DNA of 64,000 nucleotides from Geosiphon pyriformis uo1 (Eukaryota > Fungi > Glomeromycota), in NCBI GenBank assembly GCA_016748015.1, contig JAAOMT010000772.1, positions 313,541 to 377,540 on the forward strand, read 5' to 3'. Numbering within the stretch: position 1 is the first letter of the stretch; every line of letters starts with the position of its first letter. Of the stretch, positions 25,165-39,652 are shown piece after piece. A model generated the notes under the pieces. It searched no databases. It had not been told where the DNA came from and saw only the letters and a list, made by a program, of their open reading frames with translations. A program made the position numbers and the translations under genes.

Positions 25165-26804
25165 TCTTTTTTTATGAAATAATTTGCAGAAGGCTGTAAA
25201 ATATTGCCTGTCTCGCTAGAAACGCAGGCATCGCAAGTATTTTGTAAATATCGATAAGTATTTACAATCATTTCCTAGAAATGCTTCCACTTTAATAACA
25301 AAGGTTCAAGTATTTGTAAACAATGATTGCTACACAATTTATTCAATCCCCAATTACCATTTAAAACTCTGATCTAAAATTTTCTCTAAGCTAACCTGTT
25401 CTAATACAATAAAAAATATTACAGTTCACGTCCTTTTTACAACCAAAGGCTTATTTCAATTAGCAATTTTATTGCTAGTATAAAATTGTATCTTTAAAAA
25501 ATAAACCTATAGTTAATATTAAAAGTAAAACTTTAGTTAATATTAAAAATATTTTAATTAGTACTGTTTTAATTATTAATATAATATCTTTAACTGTTAT
25601 TTTAACAGCAATATTCTCTTTTAATTTGAACAAAAACAACTTTTTATTAATATTATTTAATAAAGTCATTCTAAATCAAACCAAATTTATTACAAATACC
25701 AAATTTAATAATTATATAATTAGTTAATTTTTAATAATTAATTTCCCAAAAACATAATTAATTATTAACTTATAAATCAATTTAATTAACAAGTTAATAA
25801 ACAACAAATATTTATATTATTATAATAGATAATATTATATAAATATTTATTGATAAAAATTTTTTTTTTTTAATATTAACAGAATTATTATTTTTAATTA
25901 TAAAAATTACTTAATATTAAATATTATAAAAGATAATTAATTAATGTAATTTTTAATTAAATAAAATTTTAAATTATTTATAAAAAACAATATATTTAAA
26001 TATTAATAATATAAATTATTTTTTATTTTTATTTAATATTCAAATTCAACTATTATTTAATATAATATAACTATCCTATTATTAAAAATTTTAATCTGTT
26101 TTTTTAATATTATTAATGTTATTTTGCTGTTAATTTTATTGTTAATAAAAACTGGTAAATTTTTAATAAGCTAATTTATTTTCAAAGTATTTTTTTATAC
26201 TTAAAAATATCTGTCTTGTTGAACTTATAATAAAATAGCTAATTCTGTGCCAATTATTTTGTATAGTTATTTTGCAATAAAATCAGCTTTTTTACAGAAA
26301 ATTTTAATTATAAATTATTTAATAATATATAGTTATTTTGTTATAAAAATCAAATTTTTTACAAAATTATTTAATAATATAAAAAAAAGTTTTAAAATAA
26401 AAAGAAATGTAAAAAGAATTCTCTTTAATTTAAGTCTAAAATTAATTAAGTATTTATTAAAATTAATAATTAATTAATTTTAAAATATTAATTAAAATCT
26501 AAGAGTTTTTAAAGCAATAATAATTTGTAATAATTAATCTCATAAAATAATAATAATAAAAAAAATAATTAATTAAAATATATTTTTTTAAAAAAAAAGT
26601 TTTTTTTATATAATTTATATTAATACTATTTTATAATTTTGTATTTTTTTTAATATTTTAGTAAATTATAATTATTTAACAAATTATTAATTATTTTATT
26701 AAACTGTTGAATATTTTATTAAATTATTAAATATTTTAATGAATTTTTAAATATTATATAGTTTAAAATATTAATTATTGCTTTAATTATTTAATAAAAA
26801 ATAA

Positions 26805-29800
26805 AACTTTTTTCTTTTTTACATCCAAAAAACCCCAAAAAGCACTTCTTTGAATAAGAAGTTTTTTATTTTATTTTTTTTTGTTAGTTTATTTTACTAT
26901 TTTTCTTCTTAATAACTCTTTTATTATAGACTTAAAGGCTGTTTTTAGTGATAACATAACAAAAAAAAAGCATTCAAGGGTGCTTTTCATGATTCTGCTA
27001 ATGACTTCTTTTCACAGAAAAAGAAAGTTGTACTTAAAAATGTCAAACACTTAGATAATAAAAAAATATCTCTTTAAACAAATTTAAATTTGGTGATAAT
27101 GTATTTTTTAATGTGAATAGTTTGTTTGGAGACAAAAAAAGTGCTAACATAACTAACATTAATATTAAATTTCTTTTGAATTTAGTTGTTAACACTTCTA
27201 AAACAAAGCATGTTAATATCAGTACTGCTTTTGGATTCTCATTCTGTTTCTTTAATTTTAATATAGATAATGATGAGATCTCTCTTTTTTTCTGTTTACC
27301 TATTTCTCTGAACAGAAAATAAATCAACCAAAAAGTTACCAAAACTCAAATAAAAATACTTATTAAAAAGTTTTTTGCTTTGGACATTAATCTTTCAGCA
27401 GTAAATAAAAAATCAGCTACAGCAAAGATACAATAAATTAAAAAGTTATTTTCAACTGTCAATAATTTTGAAGGAATTACTATTCTCTCAAAATTTGAAG
27501 GGGTCATCAAATCAATGTTTACATTTGAAGTGAGTATGGAAAAGACTATATTATTGGCCAAAGAGAATAAGATTATTGTAAACAGTAATTTCAAAAAACA
27601 AAAAACCAAATCAAATTGAACAGTAATTATTAAGAAAATTTTTATGTACACACCAAAAAAAATGATTGTTGTTGCAGTTGCTAAGTTTAGTCAAATTGTG
27701 TTAATCAAAACTCAGTTGATTGATATGTGGCAAAAGACTATGATAAAATTTGCTGAATTAAGTCATGCTAATATGTTGGCCATAAGATAATCATTCTTAA
27801 TTGAAAAAAATTTTGTGTGGGTAGCCAAAGCCATAAAAGATTATAATATTTAGGTATTGAGAGACCAGTTTAGGGTGCTTTTGTTTACTTTGCCAATAGA
27901 AACAACTGCTCATGATTTGGGCACTTTGTTAAAAGAGACTGGTAAGAGAACTTGCATCATTAATTGCTTATTTGAATCTGGTAATAAGATTTGCTGTGCC
28001 ATAGTAGGTTTTAAATCTGAGAAAAAACTTGAATTTGCTTTTTACATGAAACCAATTCTTGGTAGGACTAAACTTTTTTGAATTAGGTTTAATTTGGTCC
28101 ATTGTGAGAAGTGTAAACATTTTGGACATTCTGTTTTAAAATGTAATGTGTCAAATACATCAGTCATGTCTCCTACAAAACCATATAAAAAGTTTATTTT
28201 AAAAGAAAACTGTTTTCAGTTTGCCAAGTTGTATGTAAAAAAGAGTGTTCTAATTTCTTATCCTGTTGTCTTTGATGGCAAATCTTGGATGCAAGTAATC
28301 TTAATTGCTTCTGTGTTTTCTAGCAGTTCTCATTCTAATTATGGTTCTGGTTCTGGTTTCTTCTCTTTTGGTGTCTTATATGATAGAGGTAGCACATTGG
28401 CTTCTCAAAATAATTCTCTAATTGATAATTGTCTGGCATTCTTAAAATATTCCTTAGAGCTTTTGGCTGATCAGGTATTATTTATTGTAAAAAAACTAAG
28501 CATTATTGATCTGGTGTCTCTGGTATTTGTTTTTTTTCCTCCTTCTTCTATCACAATTGTACCTTTGAATTCAAATTCAAATTCAAATATGATTTTGGAT
28601 GTTTTACAAGTTCTCTTTGTATTTTCTCTCTTGGTTCTGATTGAAACAACTTTAGCTTTAGATTTAAGTAGTTCAAAAATTTTAACTTCCAAGATAAACA
28701 GTTTAAAGTCAAAGTTGTTGGCTTTTGAGACATCTGTGAATTTGGTTTTGGTAAAATTGGATCTGTTGTGTGTTAGTTTGGTCTTGTCAGCATTAACTTC
28801 TTCTCAATGATTAACTTTGTCTGAAAGGTTGCTATGTGTAATATCTAAGAAATAAACAATATAGCTAAACAAGATGATATAATTAGATGGCATATTGAGT
28901 TTAATAATTGGGTTTTTTTTTTTACTGAAACTAAGCTGAAATGTCAGACTCAATCATGAATTAAGAATAAGTTTCAGGATGTAAAAGTTTTTGTTTCTGA
29001 ATTGAATGTTGAATACATGGGTGCTAAAGTGGCTATTGTGTTAAATAATTCTTTGGCTTGGCATGTGTGCAAAGTTTTTAAGATTCTGGGTTGCTTTGTT
29101 TCAGTTCATCTGCTGTTTGACAATAAGATTTTAGTAATGTTAATATGTTTATATGCTAGTGCCTTGGCTGATGTGTGTTTAGTTAAGCCAACATAATGAA
29201 CTTTTTTATTATCTAAGTAATCAATTTGAGCTTTCATATTGTGGTAAATAGTAATTTTAACAAAAATGAGATAAAGTGCAATGCTAGTTTCAAGAAGTAT
29301 TTTGATCTAAGTTTATGTAACTCTCTTTTTGATAAGACAGCTTCCAAGCTATCAACATGGTCCAATTTATGGGGTGTAAAAAAAATTATTGACTATATTT
29401 TTGTCAATGAACATCTTTTCTTCTCTGTAATAGCTCAAGGTGTTAAAAATGTGGCTGGATTTTTTGATATTGACCACAAAGCTGTAATGGTTGCTTTTGG
29501 TTTTAGTAGTTTATTAAATGAATGTTTGCTCACAATTTATAAGCAAGCTAACAAGGACCATTGAAAGTATAGAGTTAGTGATCTGGATAATGCTAAATGG
29601 TCTTGTTTTTAAAATGATGTCTTTGCTAGTTTGCTCAAAGTCTTGAGTAATTTTAATATTACTAAAAATTTGAAAGATCTAAACACTATATAAAAGATTT
29701 TAAAGAAAGTAATAATCAATTCAGCTAATAAAAAAAACTTTCTAAACAATGATTCAATGATTTTGGGGATTTAAAAAATAAGAAATCTTTGAAATTTTTT

Positions 29801-32800
29801 AACATAAAAATGCTAATTTCAAAGATAATAAAATGTGTAAATGTAAATGATTTGTCAATTATTGACCATTTTATTAAAAAATAATCAAGTCTGAATAAAG
29901 TAGAGACTTTGAAAATCACAGCTATGGCTTATGATAGTAAAAACATAAGTAAAGTATTAAAGCAGCTGTCTCTAGTTAGGAAAAAGTACAGAAAATCCAA
30001 ATATTATAAATCTAAAGCAGCCAAAAATACAGTCATAAAAAAAGCAATTGAAAGATATATGAACAATTTCAGTTTAAACAAAGGTGACATGATAAAAAGT
30101 ATTTTGGAATGATCTTTTTGCAAAGTTGTTCTAAATCATTTGGTAGTTAGAGATGAGTTAATTTTAGAACCAAATGAAGTAAAAAATAGAGTAAATAAGA
30201 TTATGGTGGATTAAACAAGAGAGTGTAAAATACCACTAGTGCTTTTCACTATGTGATCTTGCCAATATATGCCTCTAAGCTATGTTGGTAAGAGTGTTTT
30301 CTCTGATATAATAGATATAATTAGTATAAGTAAATTGGTTCAGATTGTTGGAGATTTGCCTAAGGGCAAAGCTGCTGGATTGTTTGAGATATTTAATAAA
30401 CTGTGAAAGCATTGTGGTGAAATAATGTTAAAATGCTTTTTGTGTCTGCTAAACTCTTGTTTGTTCCTTGGAAAAGTTCTAGATCTCTGGAAAAAGACCT
30501 GAATCTTAATGATTCCCAAGTTATATAAGTAGAAAGATGTTATAATGAATACACAGTCTATTGCTCTAATTAAAACAGTTAGGAAGATTTTATTAAAAAT
30601 CTTATCAGACCACATTTCTTCTTTTTGTTCAAAATACAAAGTCTTTTGTGGTGACAATTTTTCTATTCTAAAAGATACTTCAACTCAATTTTTTGTGTTT
30701 GGTATTGGCTTAATAGTATAAGATGCTCTGAAAAAGGACTGTAAAATCTGACTTGTCCTTCAGAATATGTGGAAAATATATGATTCAGTAAGATGGCATC
30801 ATCTAAAGACTAGTTTAAGATGTATTAAGATATATAACAGATTCATAAGGTTTTTTGAACATATACATAAGGACAAAATTAATAAAGTTATAACTGATTT
30901 TGGTTTTTCTAATAATTACAAAGTATTAAATAGACTAGATTAAAGTGAAATGTTCTTACCACTTCTTTAGAAGGTTTTTTATAATCTTTTGTTATGTAAA
31001 GTTAAAAAGCAGGAATATTTATGTGATTACAAAGTCAATATGAACTTTATGGTAAGGACAGACAAGATAAAATTTAATGAAAACAGGTCTTTTTTTTCAT
31101 AACAAGTGTTTTTGTTAATAATACAATTTGAATAAAAAATAGTCAGGCTTTAATACAATACATTTTGGATATTGCTAATAAGTTTTTTAAGATAAATAAC
31201 ATTTTTATTAACAATGATAAAACAGTGGCTATTCTTATTAATTAGAGGATTAGAGTTGTATTTTTGCATATTTGTGATTGGTCTATCTTTATAACCAAGT
31301 GCAGTAAACATCATTAGTATTTGGGTATTTATTTCTCAATAAAAAGTATGTCCAAATCTAGTCTTGCCAAAGCACAGTCTAATGTCAAGTTTTTCTTGAA
31401 TTTTGTCAGACAAGCAATTCTTGTATCTGGTTTTGGCTGTTCTATAGTTCATTGTTAGCTATCAGACACAATTCAGTTTTGTTTCTAAGGTAATGTGTTA
31501 AAAATAGAATGTTATTATGAGAAAAAGGCTAAGGTTAAAAGCCTGTTTGCTTAAAGATTTCCTTAATGAGGCCTTGCATTATTTATCTTTTTATAGTTTA
31601 AAGACATTTGCATAGCTACAGGTTGAGAGTAAGATCACTGTGTTGATAGTGTTCTTTAACTCATCTAAAATCTTTGGGCAGTTGTTCAAGCATTGTTTTT
31701 TGAATTTACAGATTTTAGGGTGAGTTTCTATGAATTTTTTATAGCATTCTGTTAAATTAATGATTAATTTTTTAAATAACTTTTTTGTAGGTGTAATAAG
31801 AGTGCTAATGAACAACAAAATTTTCTTGGCTAATAATTTTTCTAATGTATTCTATGGCTTTGGCCATTATTTTATATTTGAGATTTTGGGAACTTGTTTT
31901 TATTTCAGTATGGTTCACTCTCTAAAGTATTATGGTATTGCTTTTGGTAACAGATTGCTGGACAAGTGTGAAATGTTGATGGAATGAAAGATTTTTTGTT
32001 ACTGAAAAAGACTAAATTCTAGGAATTCAGTTCTATTGTGGTTTAAAAGAGCTTTAATATATATAAATACACTTTTAGTTGTTTCTGTTAAGTCAGTTTC
32101 TGCTTTGAATCATTCAGATCTATTGTGTTCAAATGTCTTTTTGAATGTTTATGGTAGTTTGCATAAATTGTAGACAAGTGTTTTCAATGTGTACACAGAT
32201 GGCTCTTTGAAACTTTTGGATATATCAAAAATTGCTAATGGGGTGGCAGCTTATTTTTCAGATATTGGGATGAATATGGACATTGAGATGCATGGGTTAT
32301 TATCTTCTATATTGACTAAACTACAAGCAATTGTCTTGGCTTTGAAGTGTGTTCTTTTAAATTGTTCTGTAGTTGTGTATTCTAACAGTTAAATTACTTT
32401 AAATACATGTGTCTTAAAACTTTTGCTTGATTGTCTGGACTTTCGAAGTAGGTGCTAGATAGAGAGACATTATATTAATAATTTAGTGAGATCTAAGAAT
32501 ATTTCTGTTGAATGGGTAAAAGTCAAGAGAAATTTGAAGATTTTCGGTAATGAAAAAGCTAATATTCTGACAAGTAAAGCTACACAGTCTGGTTTGTTTT
32601 TTTTTGTGAAAATTCATAAGAAATTTATAATGGCTGATGGTCAGATTGTATCTAAAAATGTTTGTTATTTTGTTAGGAATATTTATCAGTCTGTACATCA
32701 AGCTCAGTAGGAAGCTGGTCCTGATGCTAGGATAGTAGATACACCTTTAATTATTAACATCAATTGGGTTGGCACTGCTGCAGTATGGCATCTGAATTCA

Positions 32801-33248
32801 CATATGTTAACAGAATTCACGAGCAAAACTTTTGCCACCTTTTGTATTTATTTGATAAAAGTGGTCTATAGAAGACTATTGACTGCAGTAAGAAAAAGAC
32901 TTTATAATAAGATGTATTTGAGTGTATTATGCTTATCTTGTGGTAACATTAAACTGCCTGATTACATTTTTACTTGCCCAAAAGACTCTTATGTATGGAC
33001 TGGTATTTTGTTGAATCATATTAAACTCTGGAAATCTTTGACAAATAGTAACTGCACATCATTTTTTAAGGTGCTGTACATGCTTTTCTCTGGAATTTTA
33101 AACATTGGTGTCTATATGGTTTTATGTAAGAATTTTGTTTTCAAAAAATGAGTGAGTAAAGCAGCTAATATTTTTAATAATCAAAAGAAAGCATTGTCAG
33201 TAATGGTTGATTTTGTTTGTGCTTTAGCTGAAAAATATCAGAATGAGT
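26805..33248 (+). mobile_element. Near full-length decayed LINE: ORF1 (CCHC knuckle) + ORF2 (APE-RT-RNase H-CCHC), 3' truncated
   Basis: ORF1 CEKCKHFGHSVLKC. ORF2 from 28807: KVAMCNI, TETKL, IDYIFV, DHKAV (APE); KAAGL, IALIKT, YDSV, FVNNT = decayed FVDDT (RT); YTDGSLK, LQAIVLAL, WVKVK..GNEKA (RNase H). Many TGG/CAA-derived stops. Confidence 0.9.
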
Positions 33249-36200
33249 TAAAAAAAATATAATAATATAAAATAACACAAAATAATGTGTAATAACTTAG
33301 AATAATACAAGATAATACATAATAACATAAAATAACACAGAATAACTAGCCATAATATAAAATAACTAATTATAATATAAAAAACAAAGCAACAACAGAA
33401 ATAGTAAATAATAGTTAATAATAACAAATAATTGAAAGCAATCTTATAAAACTGAAAAATATATATAAAAATAAGTAATTTTAGCAAATAGAAAAAAACA
33501 AACAGAAAATAAAAACTTATTTTCTTAAAAACATATCTTAACTTTAAAAACTTGATAAATTTTTTTTATCTTATTTTCTTTATATTTTGTATATTTATAA
33601 TTAAATAAAAATATTGTTTAATCTATTTATATATAATTTCAGAATTTGTGTTGTCAAAATTAAATTAATTATGTTTCTTATTCTTATTTTAGACCAAATG
33701 TTTTTAGCATAAACAGTTTTGAAACCCTAATAATTTGGACCAATTGTTTTTAATTATAACAATTAATGATACTAATTTCTCTTTTCTTTTTTTTTTCTTT
33801 TTCTTTTTTTATTTTTTTATTTTTTGAATTATTTTTTTTTTCTGATAAAACAGTAATATTAAAAAAATTAACTGTTTAAGAATAAACTTTGTAATAATTT
33901 GGTAAAAAAGAGAAGTTTTTTCTAGGTTTGAATATTAATTTTGTCTTGTTAACTTATTAGAAAGACAAAAAAACAATATTAGATCTTAGTAATTGTGTTC
34001 AACTAGCTTGAAAAAGATAGTTCATATACATCTAACTGCAAACAGTTAAATTACATCTTTGTGTCTTATAACCAAAAACTCCACAAATAAATTTACATTT
34101 ATTAAAAACTTTTAAAGATTGATAATTCTGTTTTGTTGCTTATACAAATAAAAAAACTCTTAAGTTTTTTTACTTAAATATAAAACATTAAATATTATTA
34201 ATATATCTCATTAAATTTATTTGTAATATTTGGTGCTTCTTATAAAATTATAAAATTTAGAGAAATAAAGCACCCCAGAAATTCACAAAAGTAGTAACTA
34301 TTAAAACTATAAAAAAAAATTACTTATTATTTGAAAAAGCATTATTTTAATATTTTAAGAAAGACTTAAGAATATCAATAAAAATTATTACTGCTAAAAG
34401 TGATTTTTGTTGTTATGTACATGTTAAAATCAACTACTTATTAGACTAAACAATCAATACAAAAAAACTTGGAGAACAAATTTATTAACAATTATTAATA
34501 AATTTAACTTTGACTATTACATAAGCTATAGCCAAGATTTTTGTCTTAATTAACAAAAAAATTAAGATATACATCCAAAACCAATACCTCCAATAGAAAA
34601 AAAAAATAAACATCAAAATTTGATTTTAAAGAATCTGAGTCTAATTTAGACAATAATACACAAATCACACAAAAAAAAGCTTTATTCATAGTCAATAAAA
34701 AATCAAGATTTCTCTAATCAATAATCTTTTTATATTATCAAACTTTGAAAAGCAGAATTTTGCTCAATTAATTCATCAAATCACAAACAAAAACTCTGAA
34801 AACTCTTGAAAATCTGTACTTTTAAGATTTTAACTAGAATATTTGGATTAAATTTTTAGAAAAATACAGAACTGTATTTGAAAGTCTTATTTCAATATTT
34901 AATAATCTAGTCGAAAATACTTTTTTTTAAACACAATCTTTAGTATTGCTATTAACTAAATTAACAACTATTTGCTTAGAAATAGCATTCATATTATAAG
35001 CTATTATTACTATCAACAAAAGAAAACAATTAGCATTAAGTTCAATAAAGCAATCAGATATACTTCTATTAATATCTTTTTTATAAACAATTAAATAAAT
35101 TCTTATTACTCAAATCATAACTTAGAAACATTATTAAACTAAAAAAATTTTATGGTAAAAAAAAATGCATATATTTAAATTATAGAAGTCAAAAAAGCCA
35201 TTACAGTTAACAACTAAAACAAAGTTAAAACAATATAAGCTCTATTTTTTTTCTTGACTAAAACTGCAAAATTGTAATATTAAAGTTTTAATAAGAAACC
35301 AATTAATTTTGCCATTTTTAAACTTGTCTTTTTATAGTATTTTTGTAATCTAAATATGCTTATTAAACTGTAAAATCAATTTAACATAATAAAACAAAAA
35401 GATTACAAAACTATAACTACTTATTTTGAAAGATTTAATTAAACTTTCTACCAAATTCAAGATAATTAAAAAAGACTATTACATTTTAGATTAAATTTTT
35501 AACCAATTTATTAAGAAATTAAGAAACAGTATTTTTTGATTTATTAGATTCCAATATTCTAACAACTTATAAAAAGCTGTAATATTTATTTATAACTTCG
35601 AATTAATAGAACAAAAAACTAATTATATCTAAACTATTAACTTAGTTATAAACAAAACTTTAGACATAAATACAAAGCTTATCCAATTAAATAAAAAATT
35701 AACTCAGAAAATTGAGGAATTTTTAGCAAAAAATTTTAGAACTTATTAGCCATTACAACAAAGAAATTCAAACAACAAATTCTAATAACAACAAAACTGC
35801 CAACAATAGCAACAACTCTAAAAACAAGATTTTTACAATTGCTACTATTGTCAGAAATTCAGACACATTTTAAAAAATTGTTACAAAAAAATTTTAAATC
35901 AAAACTATGGAAATTAATATTAACAACAACCCAAATATTTTTAATCCATGAGATTCTAATATTTAGCACTTTTATATTTACAATCTTTATATTCATTCCA
36001 ATTATTACCAAGTTATTACTAATTTCTATTAGCAATATTATAAATATTATTTCAGTATCAAGTTTTACTGTACAACAATTTAAAACCATAAGCCATTAAC
36101 TATAATCAAAAATGACAAAACAATAATGAAATCAAATGCAATTTTTTAGTAGGCCAATTTAATCTATAAATTATAATAACCTATTATTTTAAGCAATTTT

Positions 36201-37849
36201 AACAGAATATCTAAACTAAGTCTTATATTTTAAATTTATAAAAACTCTGAATTTTGATAATATTGTATCTTTAAAAAAAAAAGCTATAATAAAAATTATT
36301 AATCTTTTTTTTTCTAATAGCAATTAGACTGCTAATATAATTTTTTTTGTTACTATTACTAAAGATATTACACTAATTATCATATTTTTATTTAATATTA
36401 ATAGTCTAAACACTATTAATCTTTTTAGTAAAGCTCTAATAAATTAGAACAAACTAATTACAGCAATATATACAGATATTAAAATAGGACAAATAAATAT
36501 TAAACTAATACTTAACAGTAGATTAGCAAACAACATCATTATAAAACAGCTTATAAATTAATTAAATTACTAAATAAATTGTGTAACTACCACTAAAATA
36601 ATTACTGCAGATAAAAATACTAAAACACTAATAAAAAAAATTGCCAATTTTCTATTTAAAATTTACAGAATTAAAATTTCAACTAAAGTACTTGTTATGA
36701 AAGCCACTTAGTATTAAGTTTTTATAAAAAATAATTAGTTAATTAAAGTTCACACTATGCTTAACTAGAATACTTAAAAACTTCAGATTATTTTTAATGG
36801 ACAACATACCAGAATACTTGCTATATATAAATATTTTAGAACAGTAATTTTAGAACAATCTCTAATAAAATTCAAAAAACCTATTTTTTAACCAACTTTA
36901 GAAACTTATCAAGTTTTTTGGGCTAACAATTTTAGAACAAATTTACTATTATCTTTTATATGAAAAAAAATGACAAAAAAAAAGCTAACAAAGAACTTCA
37001 AGTATTAACACCAGTTTATCTAACTTTAAATCAATAAAATTAATCATATTAACTTTTAAAATTAATATGTATTAATTATAAAAAGAAGTTATTTTCAATA
37101 GATGTTTGCATTAAAAATAATGAAATATAACCAACTACTACCAGATACTATTGCTATCTTTGTGTACTAAAATAATTTGAATGACCAAAATAACAAGACA
37201 AATAAAACAATACATTATACTTTATATTTAATAAAATTATATCTAATAAAGAATTATAAAATAATGTTTCCAGCAAAGAAAAAACATGTAACAAATTTTG
37301 CCAGTATATTATTCTAATTAACAACCAAACCCAAAAAGAAACTCTATTTGTTACAGCTTATAGTTAAGCAATAAACTAACTAAATTTATATTCCTATAAT
37401 AAAGAAAAAATTTGAAAAATAACAACAAAGTGAGAAGACACTATAATTAAAAAAATACATATTATAAAAAATACTCCAATAATTATTAAAAAAATAGATA
37501 ATTTATTTACTAATAATTCCAAAACATTTCAAGACCAATATTAAGAACTTGCTTCTATTTAAAAAAAACAAAAACAAAAATTAACTAAATTTAATACAAA
37601 ACTGTGTAATTATTGTTTAATTTCTTGTTATTTCTAATATTATAATGAATGTAATTTCTTAATTAATTCATCTTTACAAATGCTATACACCATTTTTAAA
37701 CTTAAAAAATTTGAAAAAACGTAAACATTAGTAATTAAGAACACAATATTTTTAGAGTCAAATATAATTACTGAAATAAAATAGTACTTTGCATATTCTG
37801 ACTTCTCCAAAAAATTAGAACTAAAATAATATAACAATAACAATAAAAA

Positions 37850-38240
37850 AATATGTTCCAAAAAAAAACATGCAAATAATACTGAATTTAATTTAAAATA
37901 TCTTAGATAATTTTCCATAGTTATAGCACCTTTTTTTTTGTAAAAATAAATCTTAAATTAGCTTTAGAAATTTCTATTAGTACTATGATTTAAATTGCAT
38001 CCTAGTCTAGTTTTGTAAACAAAAAAATTAATATTAAAAGAGAAATAATTAATACTAAATATATTGAAAATATAATTGTGATGTTTTAAAACAATTCCAA
38101 TAAGCTTTACACAATTAAATTACAAGAAAAGATTACACAAACCATTTTTTATTTTTTATAAAAAATTTTTAACTAATCCTTATAATTATATGTAAAAAAT
38201 TAAATTTTACTGCTTAAGGAATTTAAGAATTTAGGTCAAG
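37850..38240 (+). pseudogene. Decayed dUTPase domain in element C pol
   Basis: Relics of all five motifs: NTEFNL (AGFDL), IAS*SSF (RSSL), IINTKYIENI (IIDAGYxGNI), EKITQTIF, TA*GI*EFRS (RGxxGFGS). Confidence 0.7.
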
Positions 38241-39652
38241 TAAAAAAGAAAATATACAAGTCAATTTTATAAAAGATGTTAGTAATTAGTATTATAAATA
38301 ATTATTTAAAATGTTGGAATAAATAATAAATTCATAACTTGGTGTTTAATAATTATTAATGCTGGTAATTTCTAAAGATTTTTATGATTTAAAGATTTTG
38401 GTTAAGTTTTTTGTATAATAGACAAAGATTCAATTAATGATTTTTTTTATGAATTTTTTTTTTGTATAATGACCAATTTATTTTAACAGTCATGTTCTTT
38501 TGGTAAGCTATTTTTAAATTTTCTACTTTTGTTTTTCAGGTTTTTTACCAAACTATCTTTGATGTTAATTACTTAATACTTAATCTTTTAATCAATTAAT
38601 AAACAATAAAGAAAATAAAAAAATAAAAAAAAATAAGAAAAAAAATAAAAAATTAGTATTTTATTAATAGTTATAATTAAAAATTATTGGTCTAGTATAT
38701 TTAAGTATCAAATTTTATCAAAATAATTGTTAATAATACAAAAGTAATTAATATTTTATAATCAAGTAATAACAATATAAATTAAACAATAATAAATATT
38801 TTTATTTAATATAAATATAATTCTATTTCAGTTATAGAAAACTATTTTTTATAAAAAAAATATTTGATAATTACTTGTTTTTAGCTACTGTTCTTTTTTT
38901 TTTGTTTCTAATACTCTTATTATATATACATAATTTGTATTATACAAGATTTTATATATTTTTACTGTTTTTCTATGCTATTTTTTGAAAATATACTCAT
39001 TCTTAAAAATATGTTTACTTGTTGAATATTAGTCTATTTTATGATCTGTTTTATTTATTTTTTTCTTGTACTTTTTTTTTATAAGTAATATTATTTCTTT
39101 CTTTAATATTGGGTTCTATTAAAATTCTCTTTTTAAATTAAGTCTATTACTTTTATTTCTAATATTATTTGTTTAATTTTGGTTCTTATGTTTTTGAATT
39201 AAAAGTTGGTTATTTTTTCTTACTGGTTAACAGTTATTGTTTCTATTTTTGAATGTAGTAATATTTCTAAATAATCTTAAAATACAATATAATATTAATA
39301 AATTGTTTTAATATATAATATAAAACTTGTTTTTTTTCTAATAAAGTCTTTAATCTACTGTATTATTTCTTAATAAAATATTTTTTTTGAATTTGTTGGT
39401 ATATAATTTCTAAAAATTCAGTTTTTGTTTTAACTAATAATAACAATATACTAGTAAAAATTGTTTTATTTATAGCTTCTAGTTTTTTTTAATTAGTTTT
39501 TTTGTTGAAACAGTAATTAGTATTTTTTCAAAAATATTCTTTACTTTTTTTATAATTTTATTTAACTAATACTTTGTTTTGTTTTGTGGTTACTAATATA
39601 AAATATATTTTTTTTTGTTGCTTTTGTTATATATATTGTGTTTTTTATATAC

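Noticed and set aside
25460-26800. Short I/L/K/N/F-rich ORFs resembling membrane proteins (also 2372-3077, 18258, 33248, 35839)
   Set aside because: Composition-driven ORFs in extremely AT-rich decayed repeat DNA; no motifs.
26805-33248. TGA at Trp positions suggesting an alternative genetic code (mitochondrial or Mollicutes-like endobacterium)
   Set aside because: TAG/TAA also replace Trp/Gln codons, frameshifts occur, and host genes use TGA as stop. G->A decay explains it.
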